A stretch of DNA of 56,129 nucleotides, the filler included, from Hydrolagus colliei (Eukaryota): NCBI GenBank assembly GCA_035084275.1. It is 4 parts of 4 records of this genome, joined end to end, with 100 filler letters (N's around TTAATTAATTAA, not from the genome) between each part and the next. Parts side by side here need not be neighbours in the genome. Positions count along the whole stretch, not along the records: positions 14,783 to 38,230 come from CM068771.1; 3 more parts are not named here. One strand, 5' to 3'. The position numbers were made by a program, and so were the translations under genes. The notes below the pieces were generated by a model that saw nothing but the letters and a program-made list of their open reading frames with translations, was not told where the DNA came from and ran no database searches. Shown in pieces: positions 22,948 through 34,899 of the stretch. The first letter of the stretch is position 1, and every line of letters begins with the position of its first letter.

Positions 22948-23909
22948 GTAAGTCCGGAGCTTGTGGGCCTATTTTCGGTGGTGGGGGTGGTGGTTGTGAT
23001 TGGGTTGCAAGCGAGAGTCTCTTGAGCTCACGATCTCGGCGAAAGCCGATGAGATGAGACATTAAGAGAGAGAGTGGCTGAAGGCGGAGGGATCGAGGCT
23101 GAGGTGGAGGGATTGAGGGAGAGAGAGTGGCTGAAGGCGGAGGGATTGAGGGAGAGAGAGTGGCTGAAGGCGGAGGAGACGGAGGACAAACCTGAGGCCG
23201 GTCACAGCCGAGCGGAGGCAGGGGTGTGGGGGGGGGCTGACAGCTTCTCCCTCCATGGATGCACCGTACATCTCAATACAGAGCCTTGATGTCCTGTTCA
23301 ACCCTCAACTGTCATCCATACCCCACGTCCATGCCTTACCCCACTTCCACAACATCGCCCAGCTCCACCCCTTTCCACCGTAGGCATATATTCATTTAAC
23401 CTCGCGATGTTCACGTTTAAAATGAGGTTTCCAGTGACGTGCGGTGGGTGACAACGAACAGGAGAGGAACTTTCCTTTGCTTCTGCGGTTGACTTTGGGA
23501 ACAGTAGGTGTGTCAGATGTACAGCATCTCTCCCCCAACTCTACCAGAGAGACAGGGCCTACATTTCAAAAATGCCATCCTCACTTCATGTCCAAGGTTT
23601 CTTCTAAAATGTAAAATTTTACATTTTCTCCCTGATCTTGCCCCCCCCCCCCACCACCCACCTTTCCTTCCCTCTCCTCCCACTTACCCTCTTTTCTCCC
23701 TTACTCCCCTGGCCCCATTTCCGCGACTGTTTGTGGGGGACGCTGCTGTGCGCGATTTGGCTGCCACTTTTCGTCCACAAATATACAGTCAATTCTCCTA
23801 CTCTCTTTCATCCTGCCCCGAACCCTCCCCCCACCCGCTCTTGTCCCTACCTGACTGTACAGCGCCTTGGGACGTCCTCTCAACGTGAAAGGCGCTATGT
23901 AAAGGTAAG

Positions 23910-23954
<45 letters not shown>

Positions 23955-26689
23955 ATTGATTGATATTGCATCATTCGCGCAGGTGAAAACAAATTGCTTT
24001 GCATAGTGTAGGCGTACATAGACGCTGAACGTCCAGTATTATTGCGCAGGTTCGCTTAACGTCGTTTTGCTTAAAGTCGCACTTTTCGTGAACACAACTG
24101 CGACGTTAAGCAAGGACTAGGTGAACTCTGTCAAGCGCTTTGAGACGTCTAGATGATGTGAAAAGCGCTATATCAAATGCAAGGATTATTATTATTTATC
24201 CAGGCGCAACTACGCAAACTCCCGGCTTGTCATCCTTCCCAACTCCTCCCTCCATAGGCTGCAAATCATCCACAACTCCACAGACCGTGTCCTCTCGCGC
24301 ACCAGACTCCACGACCCTACCACCCCCATCCTCGCCCAACTCTCCTGGCTTCCCATCACACAAGACCAAACACACACAATCTCTCTATTCTTCTTCCTTT
24401 CCCTCAGGATATGTCCACCGCCAACAACAATGACAACAACTAGCATTTATGAGGCGCATTTCAAGCAAGATAGATTCAGCGCGCTTGACAATGGCGGAGC
24501 GTGACACCGAGCCGGGAGGAGGTGGAGGTGACTGTTGGCGCGGTCGAAGAGGAAGGTCTTCTGGCCTGAAGATAACAACGGTAATAATCCTTGCATTTGA
24601 TGCGAGGATTATTACTCGCGTTAGAGGCGAGCGCTCTAACCACAACACAAAGGATATCACAGAGGGGAAAGAAGGGGAGCAAGGCAGGCGGTTACAGGAA
24701 GCTTTCAGAGTTTCAGAGAATAGTGACTCAATTTACGAGAATAGTCGACCATGGAGGAACAGAGGGCACGATCGTTCATTGGTTAGAGAACCCACCTAGG
24801 TTCGATTCCCAGCTCAATTACAGTTCTCAAAACCAGTTCTCATCTGTTTAATTATTTTGAATCTGACCAGAAGTCAGCTTCCTGCTATTCTCTGAGGTAT
24901 AAAACACAAGAAACGCCCAGACATCGTATGTATAGAATAAAGATAATAATTCTTGCAGTTCATATAGCTCCTTCTCAACAAAATATCGAGACGTCTCAAA
25001 GGTTTTCAAAGAATATACTGTACTGTAAAGTGAATTCATTATATTTTGGGGGATATTTACAGCCAATTCCACATAGCAGAGTAACTACAGAGAGGCGTGG
25101 ATTGAGTGAACACATTTGTTTTCTCCCCCCTCTACTTACTGCAGGACCTGGGGAAACCTATCTAACATATCGAACATATGTTTGGAGACACTTGTATTGT
25201 ATTCTGTGAAGCTTTTCGACAGGTCAAGAAGACATGAAAAGTGCTATTTAAAATGCAAGTATATTATTCATCTTATTATCCTTATTGTTAACCCTCCCTC
25301 CCGACCTTCTCTCCCTCCCGGAAACTCCCACCGTTTGCTCCCACCCTCAGCGATTGCTGCTTGAGACATTCGTAACACGAGTGATCAGCCTACCACACTC
25401 CAGGGCGCCCGAAATGTCGACTGATAGTCTTTGAGGCCAGTTCAGGGGGAAACGACACTGTGATGTTAATTTCCTGTGTTATCTTTCTGCACAGAGAACC
25501 GCGGCCGACCCCTCCCACAGAGCCTTTCCTTTCAGCCAAACATTGGTGCTCAACGACAATGCATAGAGCGCACCTCACGAAGGGTAGGCGTCTCAGAGCA
25601 CTTGACTTGGGCGGAGCGCGATGCCGGGGAGAGGGAGAGGGGGGGAGGGAGTGGGGGGAGGGGGGTGCGATGTGACTGAAGGCACGGTCAAAGAGGAAGG
25701 CCTTAGGCTTGATCTGAAGAGAATAATACGAATAATAATCCTTGCATAATTCGGTACGGTCACGTCTCACATCTTCAAGGCGTCTCAAAGCTCTTTAGCA
25801 GAAGACTCCGCCAAGTGAATTGGACTGCGTTTTGTGGGGGAAACGCGGAAGCCAAACGTGCCCAGGATTGACCCACAAACAGCTGAGGATCGAGTGACCA
25901 AACTACTACTTTTATTTCAAAGGGGATTATTAACCCCGGAAAGCTAGTCCACCCAATCGACCAGGTAAACAGAGGCGTGTGGGGTAAGGAAACAATTAGT
26001 TTTGCCTGGTAATCAAACTCAGGTTCCTCTAACTTGCGAGGCAGGTGCTCTAACCGATGCGTTACGTGACCCCACATCGACTGAAGGGCTTTGCGTTGTC
26101 TCGACAGGAGCCAAAAACGTTAGGAAAACTTCCAGGAGACCGGGGAGGGTTTGGGGAGTGGCTGATGCCTGTGGAAGTTCTGTCTCTCTCTCTCCGCCTT
26201 TCTGGGGACCGGAGGGTCAATGAATTAGGGCCTGGTTTCAACACCTCATCCGCAGGCCAGCACTGCCAACAATGCCATTCCCCCCTCAGCGATCCAGTGT
26301 CGATATTTCAGCTCTCCAACATTTCACCCCGCGTCCTCGTCAGTTATTGTCAATCCAGGGCCCTTATCTGCATGGATGGAGTGACCACATTATTCTTTTC
26401 AAACAACATTTTTTAGGCTCGATCATTCCCAGAAAGTGATCTGCCGATTGACTAGTGTATTCTAATAATAATAATAATACTCCATTCCTTTGACAGAGTG
26501 ACTTAAAACCTCTTCGCGACGTCCCATCGTGCTTTGTGGTTTATACATAAGTAAATCAGGGGTATATTTTGTGAGCGAATAACGTCTAACACGTGAGAGA
26601 TTGTGTTTTGAGGCGCTTTTCTTTTAATCTTCCCCTTGCATTTAATACTATAGATGTACACGAGGGTGGAGGGAAGGGAGGGGGGGTGG

Positions 26690-26995
26690 GGGTGACCGAT
26701 GGTACGGTCGAAGCGGAGGACACAGGGAGCCAAAGGAGGACAGGGAAGGGGGCAAGGCGGAGAGGAATTCCAAACCATGAGGGCGCAGCGGCTGAAGGCT
26801 CGCATGCTGATTCGGGGAGGGGGAGGTCAGGGGACATAGAGCAAACCAGAGCCCAACAGTGTTCGAAGGGAGCGAACAGGTAGGCAGGGGTATGGGAGAT
26901 CGGAGAGCTAGGGTAGGCCATGGCTGGAGAGAGCTTTGAAGGTGAGGGTCAGGATTTTGGAATTGAATCCTCTGAGCAATGTGTAGCCAATTATT
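26690..26995 (-). mobile_element. L2 LINE fragment
   Basis: GAGAGCTTTGAAGGTGAGGGTCAGGATTTTGGAATTGAATCC encodes RIQFxILTLTFKAL on the minus strand. Confidence 0.7.
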
Positions 26996-28427
26996 AAATC
27001 ATAATAATACTTAATAATAACTACAATAAACCTCGCATTTGATACAGCGCCTTTTCACGTCTCCGAGACTGTGTCTCAAAGCGCTTCACAGAATGTACCG
27101 TAAAGTGGATTGACTGTATAATTTGTGGGGAACCAGAAAGGCACAGAATTGACTCTGGATTTGCGTGGGACGTCGCTGTGTATAAATGGCTGCCACGTTT
27201 TTGCCCACAAAGTACACGGTCGAATTACAGTCGATCGACAAACATGAACCCCAAGTTTTCTGACTGACCCGGCAAGGTTTTCAAGGAAGGAGATACGCTC
27301 TTTCGCTCGTCCGTCCGCCACGCAAGGAGCGTGTGCAGTTAATGACCGTTTGAAATGTCACGGACAGGAAACTGCAATTAATCAACGTAGCAGCAAAACA
27401 ACAGAATAGCAATTCCATTTTCCAATGCTCGGCCATGTTACAGCGAACCCGCCTTTAAAACGCCACAAAATATATTGTTTGTAATCGCGGCAAGGAAAAC
27501 CAAAACAATCAATTTTTATTTGACATTAAGTTTGATCATTTGATATTATATATATATATTATAGATATGATTATATATCATAGTCGCCAAGATCGTGAAA
27601 AGTTAACGAGAATAAGTAACCCCCCCAGCTCTCAATCAATCAATCAATCAATCAAAACTTACATTTATATAACGCCCTTCACGTCGAGAGGACGTCCCAA
27701 GGCGCTGTATAATCAAGTAGGGACAAGGGGGGGGGGGTCGGGGCAGGATGAAGGAGAGTAGGAGAATTGACTGTGTATTTGGGGGCGAAACGCGGCAGCC
27801 AAACTGTGCACAGCAGCGTCCCCCACAAACAGTTGCGGAAATGGGGACAGGGGAGACAGAGGACAAGAGGGGAGAGGGAGGGAAAGGTTGGGTCGGGTAA
27901 GGTCAGGGAGGCAGAGGGGGGAGAAAGGGGTTAAGGGGAGAGAGGGAGGGAAAGGTGGGCGGGGGGGGGGCAAGATCGGGGAGAAAGGGAGGGAAGAGGA
28001 GGCAGGGAAGGGGAAAAGGGGGGAAAGGGAGTGAGGGAAGAAGAAGAAGAGGCTTTCAGCCCATAATGAGGGTTTTCAAAGACAAAAACAAGTACCAAAA
28101 ATATTCTTAAAATTCTGGCAGGAGCCAACACTGTACCAGACTCTGGAGAACGCGCTGAAACACCAACAGTTTTCTTGTCGAGACCAGTGTAGAGAGAGGA
28201 CTTTACTGTGACGCCAACTTCCTCATTATATTTCCGCTCGAGCGGAAACAAGCTGTTGGCAAAGTGCCTTTCGCAGAGCCAAACAGAAACCTTCATTCAG
28301 CCAGTTCACTGACTCCTCATATCTCTGCTGACCAAGTGGTCAGTAAGCACCCGCTTGTATTCATAACAATACTGATAAAAGTCTTTCCATTCCACGTTGC
28401 GTCTTGTCAGTCAAAGTCCTTCACATA

Positions 28428-29290
28428 ACAACAACAACAAATTACATTTATAGAGCGCCTTTCACGTGGGGAGGACGTCCCAAGGCGCTGGCTGCACAGG
28501 AGGCGTGTGACCCGAGCTGAGAGGGGAGTGTTTGGGAAGGGGTGAAACACGAAGGGGAGGTCGAAAAATTCGGGGTGGGAACAAAAGGCACGATCGAAGA
28601 GGAAAGTCTTCAAACTGGCCTTGAAAGAGGAAAGGGAAGAAACGAGATGGAGGGACTGGGGGATGGTATTCCATAGGGTGGGAGCGGAGAAACTGAAGGA
28701 CCGGCCTCCGATGGTGGGGAGGTTCGGGCGGGGGCTTGGAGCAGGACAAGTCCTGTGGAACGGAGGGTCCGGGTGGGCGTGTAGGGGGAGAGTAGATTGG
28801 TTAAATAGGGTGGGGCAAGGCCGTGTAAGGCCTTGAAGGTGAAGATGAGGATCTTGAACTCGATCCTCTGGAGAATGGGGAGCCAATGGAGACGGGCGAG
28901 GGTGGGGGTTATATGGTCGCGGAGGCGGGTGCGGGACAGTACACGGGCTGCAGAGTTTTGGATGACCTGCAGCCTGTGAATGGAGGAACTGGGGAGGCCG
29001 ACGAGGAGAGTAAAAAAACGTATCCCACTTTTGTGGGAGAAACGCGGCAGCCAATTGCACACAGCAGTTTCCCACAGACAGCCGTTGATTGAGTGACCAA
29101 TTTATCATCATTATGTTGGGAGCGAGAGGGAATTCTACCTCCCTGGGAAGTGATCCTCCGATCCTACTTAACGCAAGCTCAACAGGAGTCTGGAGAAAGG
29201 AAACTTGCCTTAGGCTTGGCCTCGCCAGGGAATCGAACCTGGGCCCACCCTTGCCTGCCACGAGCCACTAACCTCTAACCAACCACTGCT
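28428..29290 (-). mobile_element. SINE head and Deu domain fused to an L2 3' fragment (duplicate at 16014-16810)
   Basis: tRNA-like head, Deu core, then LLVGLPSSSIHRLQVIQNSAARVLSRT...HITPTLARLHWLPILQRIEFKIL and a (GTT)n tail. Confidence 0.75.
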
Positions 29291-31091
29291 CTACGAGATT
29301 CCACCGAGGGGCCCAGAGACGCGGTTGTGGAGAGGACGGAGGGCGATCGGAAGCTTGTGAGACATCACCAAAATCGTTGGGGTGAGGGAGAGCAGAGAGG
29401 TTTGCGTTTTATTGCGGTTAATACAGTGATTTTCACGTCTTATCGATGTGGGATGGAGTTCTAAAGCGTATGGACAGAGAGGCTGATAGCCTGGCCACTG
29501 ATAGCAGGGTGGGGGGTGGAGACACGGAGCAGGCCGGAGCCTGCTGAACGGAGGGAGAGGATCGGTTGATAGGCGGGGTTCAGCAGGTCAGAGAGATAGG
29601 AGGGGGCATGGCCTTGGAGGGCCTTCAAAGTGAGGACGAGGAAACATCTCACTGGGCCCAGTCCGTGGCAGTGTTCATACTCCAAACAAGACTCCATTTC
29701 ACTCCTTCCTCCCTCCCATCACCATTCCGCACACAGACGCAGTGTCAAAGTTTCTGTATAGCTACTATCCCAACAACCCTCACCTCCCCTTCCCTCCCCA
29801 ACTCAGGTCCAAATAGACAGCTTGTGGTCTCGTTCTTCGTCAACGGGGGTCAGAGCGTCTGGCTTGTTCTTTGGGGGTCAGATAAATTCTTCATCCACTC
29901 GACAATTTCAAGTCCGTCTCCCTTCCCACCATCAATCGACTCATTTGATATAGCGTTTTTCACGTCTTCAAGACGCCTCAAAGCGCTTCCCTGGATATAC
30001 TGTCAAGTGAATTGACTGTATATTGGTGGACGAAACGTAGCCGCCAATCGCTCACAATAGCGTCCCGTCCCCCACCCCCCACAAATCAGTCGTGGATTGA
30101 GAAATGACCCATTTTGTTACTTTTTTTCTCTTAGGGATTATTATCAGGACGCGAGGAGCAAGGAAACATGACCAAGGTATTCCCCCTGCTGGGAATCGAA
30201 TCCAGGTCCTCTCGCTTGGCAAGGCGATTGCTCGAACCACTCAGCTACAGCCACAATGGTGTGAAAAAGCACTTTGGAAATGTGGTTTATTGTTGTGGTA
30301 CTAGGCCTATCTTCATTACACAGTCCTGTAACTCAGCGGTCGGAGTGCTTGCCTCTCTAACGAAAAAGGATCTTGGTTCAATTCCTGAGAGAGGGAGTGG
30401 GGGGGGAGGGAGGTGGAGGCCAAACATGAGGAAAGTTTCCTTATTGCACAACAGTAAATAGAAACCAGGTGGATCGCTTACTCGTGGGTTGAGGTGGAGG
30501 GATTGTGGGATGGACTTCCAGAGGGTGGGGGTAGAGTGGCTGAAGGCTCGCCTGCCTCGGTGAGGACGCGAGGTTGGACACACTCTCTCCAGGTGAACTC
30601 TCAAAGGCGCGATCCATTCATCTCCCTCTCTCTATTACTCTTTGGCGATCGTTCCCACTCACAACTTACATCAACGTTTAACAAAAATACTCTTCATTTA
30701 TTCAAACCCACAGATATATATATATATATATACATGTAACTCAGTCCATAGAGCTCCTGTCTCTCCAGCAAAAGGATCTGTGTTCGATTCCCGGGAACGG
30801 CAAAACGTTCGGAAAGTTTTCTTACTCCAATAAATGGAAACCCAGTTGGTAATCGATTGGCCGATAGATACAGAGCGGTGAGACAGCTTTAAGAGTATGG
30901 AATGTTATACCTTGTTAAGGTTATGCAAACGCGTAATCCTTATGTCACACGTTGATAATATTATATCAATATAACTTTAATAAGGTATAATGTCCCATAC
31001 TCTTAAAATATATCTCACCACTGAGCCTCCATACTGGAAGCCTCCACACTCCATCAATCAATCAATTCCTGAGTGACTCACTGAAGACTTT

Positions 31092-31970
31092 GTGAGTGAG
31101 TGAGTGAGTGAGTGAGTGAGTGAGTGAGTCAATCAATCATTTACTCACTCTGTCAGTCACTCACTCACTCACCCACCCACTCACTCACTCACTGACCCAC
31201 CCACCCACTCACTCACTGACCCACCCACTCACTCACTCCCCAACTCACTCACTCACCCAACTTACTCACCCACCCACTCCCCAACTTACTCTTCTCACCC
31301 ACTCACTTATTCTCACTCACCCACTCACTGACTCCTCAACTCAATCACTCACCCACCTACCCACTCACTCACTCCCCAACTTACTCACTCACCCACTCTC
31401 ACTCACCCACTCACTGACCCACTCACTCACTCCCCAATTCACTCACTCACCCATCAACCCACTCACTCACTCCCCAACTTACTCTCTCACTCACTCACTC
31501 TCATTCACCCACTCACTGACCCACTCACTCACTCACTGACCCACTCACTCACTCACTCACTCCACAACTCACTCACTCACTCACTCACTCACCCACCCAC
31601 CCAACTACTCACTCACTCACTCACTCCCCAACTTACTCTCTCACCCACTCACTCACTCACTCTCATTCACCCACTCACTGACTCACTGACCCACTCATTC
31701 ACTCCCCAACTCACTCACCCACCTACCCACTCACTCACTCCCCAACTCACTCACTCACTTACCCACCCACTTATCTACTCACTCACTCACTCACCTACCC
31801 ACTTACTTACCCACCCACCCACTCACTCACTCACTCACCTACCCACCCATTCACTCACCTACCCACTCACTCACCCAGCTACCCACCCACTCACTCACTC
31901 ACTCACCCACTCACTCACCTACCTACCTACCCACCTACTCACTGACCCACCCACTCACTCCCCAACTCTC
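31092..31970. repeat. Compound (GTGA)n/(TCAC,CCAC)n array, duplicate
   Basis: Paralogue of 18647-19590 with different unit counts. Confidence 0.9.
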
Positions 31971-32703
31971 CCCCCACCCTCTCAGTTCTGGGTCTGAAAC
32001 ATACAGAGGGGAATCCCCAAATGGAGCCTAGTTGGCTTATGCGCAGTGCTTCATTTCCGCGTTTGTCTGACTGTTGGAGGAGTGAGTGAGAGAAGGGGAG
32101 GAGTGAGTGAGGGGAGGAGTGACTGAGGGAAGCGGGAGAGAGAGAGAGAGAGAGAGAGCTGCAGGGAATCAGATCCAAAGGGAGGGGATTCCCTCCACCT
32201 TCTCCCCTACAGCCAGATCAGGTTCTCAGTAGCCCTCCCTCCCTCCCTCTCTGTCTGTATGTCTCTCCCATGTGTGTGTGTGTCTCTGTGTGTCTCTCTC
32301 CCCCCCACATCCACCCCATAAGAAGACACTCACTCAACCAGGAAATGGGTGCAGCCTAGAGAACTCTGCAGCCTAGAGAACTGGGTGGACTTTGATGCCT
32401 CCTGTGTGAGTAGATCTGCTACAGGACAGACACACGCACGCACGCACACACTGAAAATGGTTGTTTAATCAAGTTTTGTTTCTCTGGCGCCTTTGAACCT
32501 TCGGGAGAATGTCTCCCAACGCGCCGAACGATCGTAGGCGACAGTGTCCCCCGCAAACGGTTGTGGGTCGAGTGACCAAATTGTAGTCTGGACTTGCGCG
32601 GTTGAACTCTGTGTGTCCCCCTCGCTTATCTCAGCTTTAATCACAGGGAGTGACCCTCGGGGGAGTGACCGCGCCGAAAACGCCACCGGTGAAGCTTTGG
32701 GAA

Positions 32704-33253
32704 ATGGGTGTGAAAGGCTACTTGGTCGTCCTCCTTCAGCTGATGCCGTCAGCCTTTGGTGAGGAACACTCCGCTTTGTTCAGGAATTCCTTCCCTCCCT
32801 CTCTCCCTCCCTCCCTCCCTCCCTCCCTCCCTCCCTCCCCCCCCCCCCCGGCTCGGTCCCCGGGATCCGTTATTGGGAAGCGCTCTGAGACGCCCGTCGG
32901 GGGCGCGGAGTGAGTGAGGGCGCGATACACATCAAAGTTGTTGTCGAACAAGCCCGTGAGCACTGTCACGGCTGAGACTGGAGAGATTTTTGAAAACTAG
33001 AGGGATTAGGGGATATGGGGATAGGGCAGGTAATCAGCGTTGGGTCAGAAGATCAGCCATGATCTCATTGAATGGCAGAGCAGGCTCGAGGGGCTGAATG
33101 GCCTAGTCCTGCTCCTAATTCTTATGGTCTTATGTTGTGACTTGCCTGCGCCCAACTCCAAATACAGGCATAAATCATACCTTCCTAAAGAGCCTCGCGT
33201 TTACTTACCTACTTTACCAGAATGATACCAGGGCCGAGGGACTTGAGTTGTGT

Positions 33254-33284
<31 letters not shown>

Positions 33285-34861
33285 CGGGGAAGCTGGGATT
33301 TATTCTCCTCAGAGGCCAAAAAGGTTGAGGGGGGGGGGGGGATGTCATTCGAGGTGGGGTTTTGAGAAAGGAAATGAGGAGAGCCTCTGGCTTGCGAGGC
33401 TGAGCGAGTTAAGCTCTTTGGGCTAACGGGCTCCTCTGGCCGCAGGCTTCATCGTGACAACCCCGGAGTACGCGGTGGTGGGGATTGTCGGAGGCCAGGC
33501 TGTGTTGGACTGCCAGCTAGTGCCCGCTGAGTCACCACTGGACATCGAGGTGCGATGGGTCAGAGCCGAGCTGAGGGATCCCGTCCACCTGTACAGGGAA
33601 GGGAAGGACCAACCCGGAAGTCAAGATCTCAAGTACGCCCACAGGACGGAACTGTACAAGACCAAGTTCAGGAACGGGAACGTGTCCCTGTTGATCAAGC
33701 AGCTCAACGTGCAGGACGAGGGCGTCTACAAGTGTCAAGTGGCCTCCGGCAACGATAAGAGCTTCGACAAAGTGACGCTGAAAGTGGCAGGTGACACCGA
33801 GAGCTCCCTCCGCCAGCTCCCTGCTCCCGACGCCATCTCACTCAAGATCCTCTCGCTCGTCTCCGAATCCCTTTCTCCCCCTTCACCCCCCCCCCCCCCC
33901 CCCACCCCCCCGCACCCCACCCAGGCATCCACCCCATACCCTCTTTCCCCCCTTTCTCCCCTGGCCCCCATTCCCGCGACCGTTTGTGGGGGACGCCGCT
34001 GCGCGCGATTTGGCTGCCGCGTTTCGCCCACAAGTATACAGTCAATCCTTCCACTCTCCATCAGCCACTCTGCCCCCAACCTCTGGAACTCCATCCCGCA
34101 GTCCCTCCCCCTCACCCCCTCCCTGGCCTCCTTTGAGTCTCACCTCAAGACTCTACTTTTCGACAGTCTCATTGGTCAATCCAAATCCCACCCCCCCCCC
34201 TTTCTCTCTACCCCCCCCCCTCCCCGTCCCCAGCTGAAGCAATGGCTGTCCAGTGCCTTGGGATGTCCTCCTGACGTGAAAAGCGTTGTACGTGTGATTG
34301 AGTTGTGGTTTCACGTCGGGAGGACGGCCCAAGTTGCTGTAGAGTTGAGAGCTTGGGCGGTTGGGATCAGGAGGGTCAGGGAGGGTGACTTTGGTTAAGT
34401 TCGGACGCCCCTTAAGCCGGACAATCCGGCCCCGCTTGACAGACTTCTCCCAACGTATAATCCAACCCACATGTGCTTCTGTCCACCAGCCGTTGGTCTG
34501 AATCCCGTCATCCACTTGACCAGCCACAGTGGCTCTCAGGTGGAGCTGGAATGCACGTCTCGAGGCTGGTACCCAGAGCCGAAGGTGAGTTGGCTGGGCG
34601 GTGGGGACCGCGTGTTGCCGGGGACGGAAACGCGGCCGGAGGGGAAACGGACGGAGTTTTACGACGTGCACAGCAGGGCCCTGGTGACGCAGGGAAGTCA
34701 GAACACCTTCACCTGCAACATTCGCAACCAGCTGCTCGATTCCATGAAAGGCGTCACCGTCCAGATCGCAGGTCTGCTCACAAACCAATCCCTTCGCTAT
34801 TGTCGCTCAATGAACTGTCCGCCGCCCGAACCTCCCCCACCATCGGCGGCCGGGCTTTCAG

Positions 34862-34899
<38 letters not shown>

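Larger units (their letters stand above)
16014..23236 (+). repeat. Segmental duplication, copy 1 (about 7.2 kb)
   Basis: Near-identical to 28491-35626; differences are scattered SNVs, microsatellite lengths and an indel of about 43 bp near 18090. Confidence 0.95.

Noticed and set aside
22086-23057. 323-aa ORF and its neighbours (21784..22401 minus, 34473..35021, 34153..34788)
   Set aside because: Alternative-frame or antisense shadows of GC-rich BTN exons plus L2 and microsatellite sequence; only the in-frame exon parts are real.
23060-23180. Triplicated unit of about 31 bp encoding LREREWLKAEG repeats (also 35455-35570)
   Set aside because: Local tandem expansion of an antisense L2 3' fragment in an intron.
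24718-24744. 27-nt segment encoding NSDSIYEN, a tyrosine-motif-like tail exon for BTN copy 1
   Set aside because: Weak acceptor, poor donor (GTCGAC) and adjacent to SINE sequence; probably chance, though RNA-seq could revive it.
27931-28296. 121-aa minus-strand ORF with a hydrophobic stretch
   Set aside because: No recognisable domain or splice context; the C-terminus is low-complexity.
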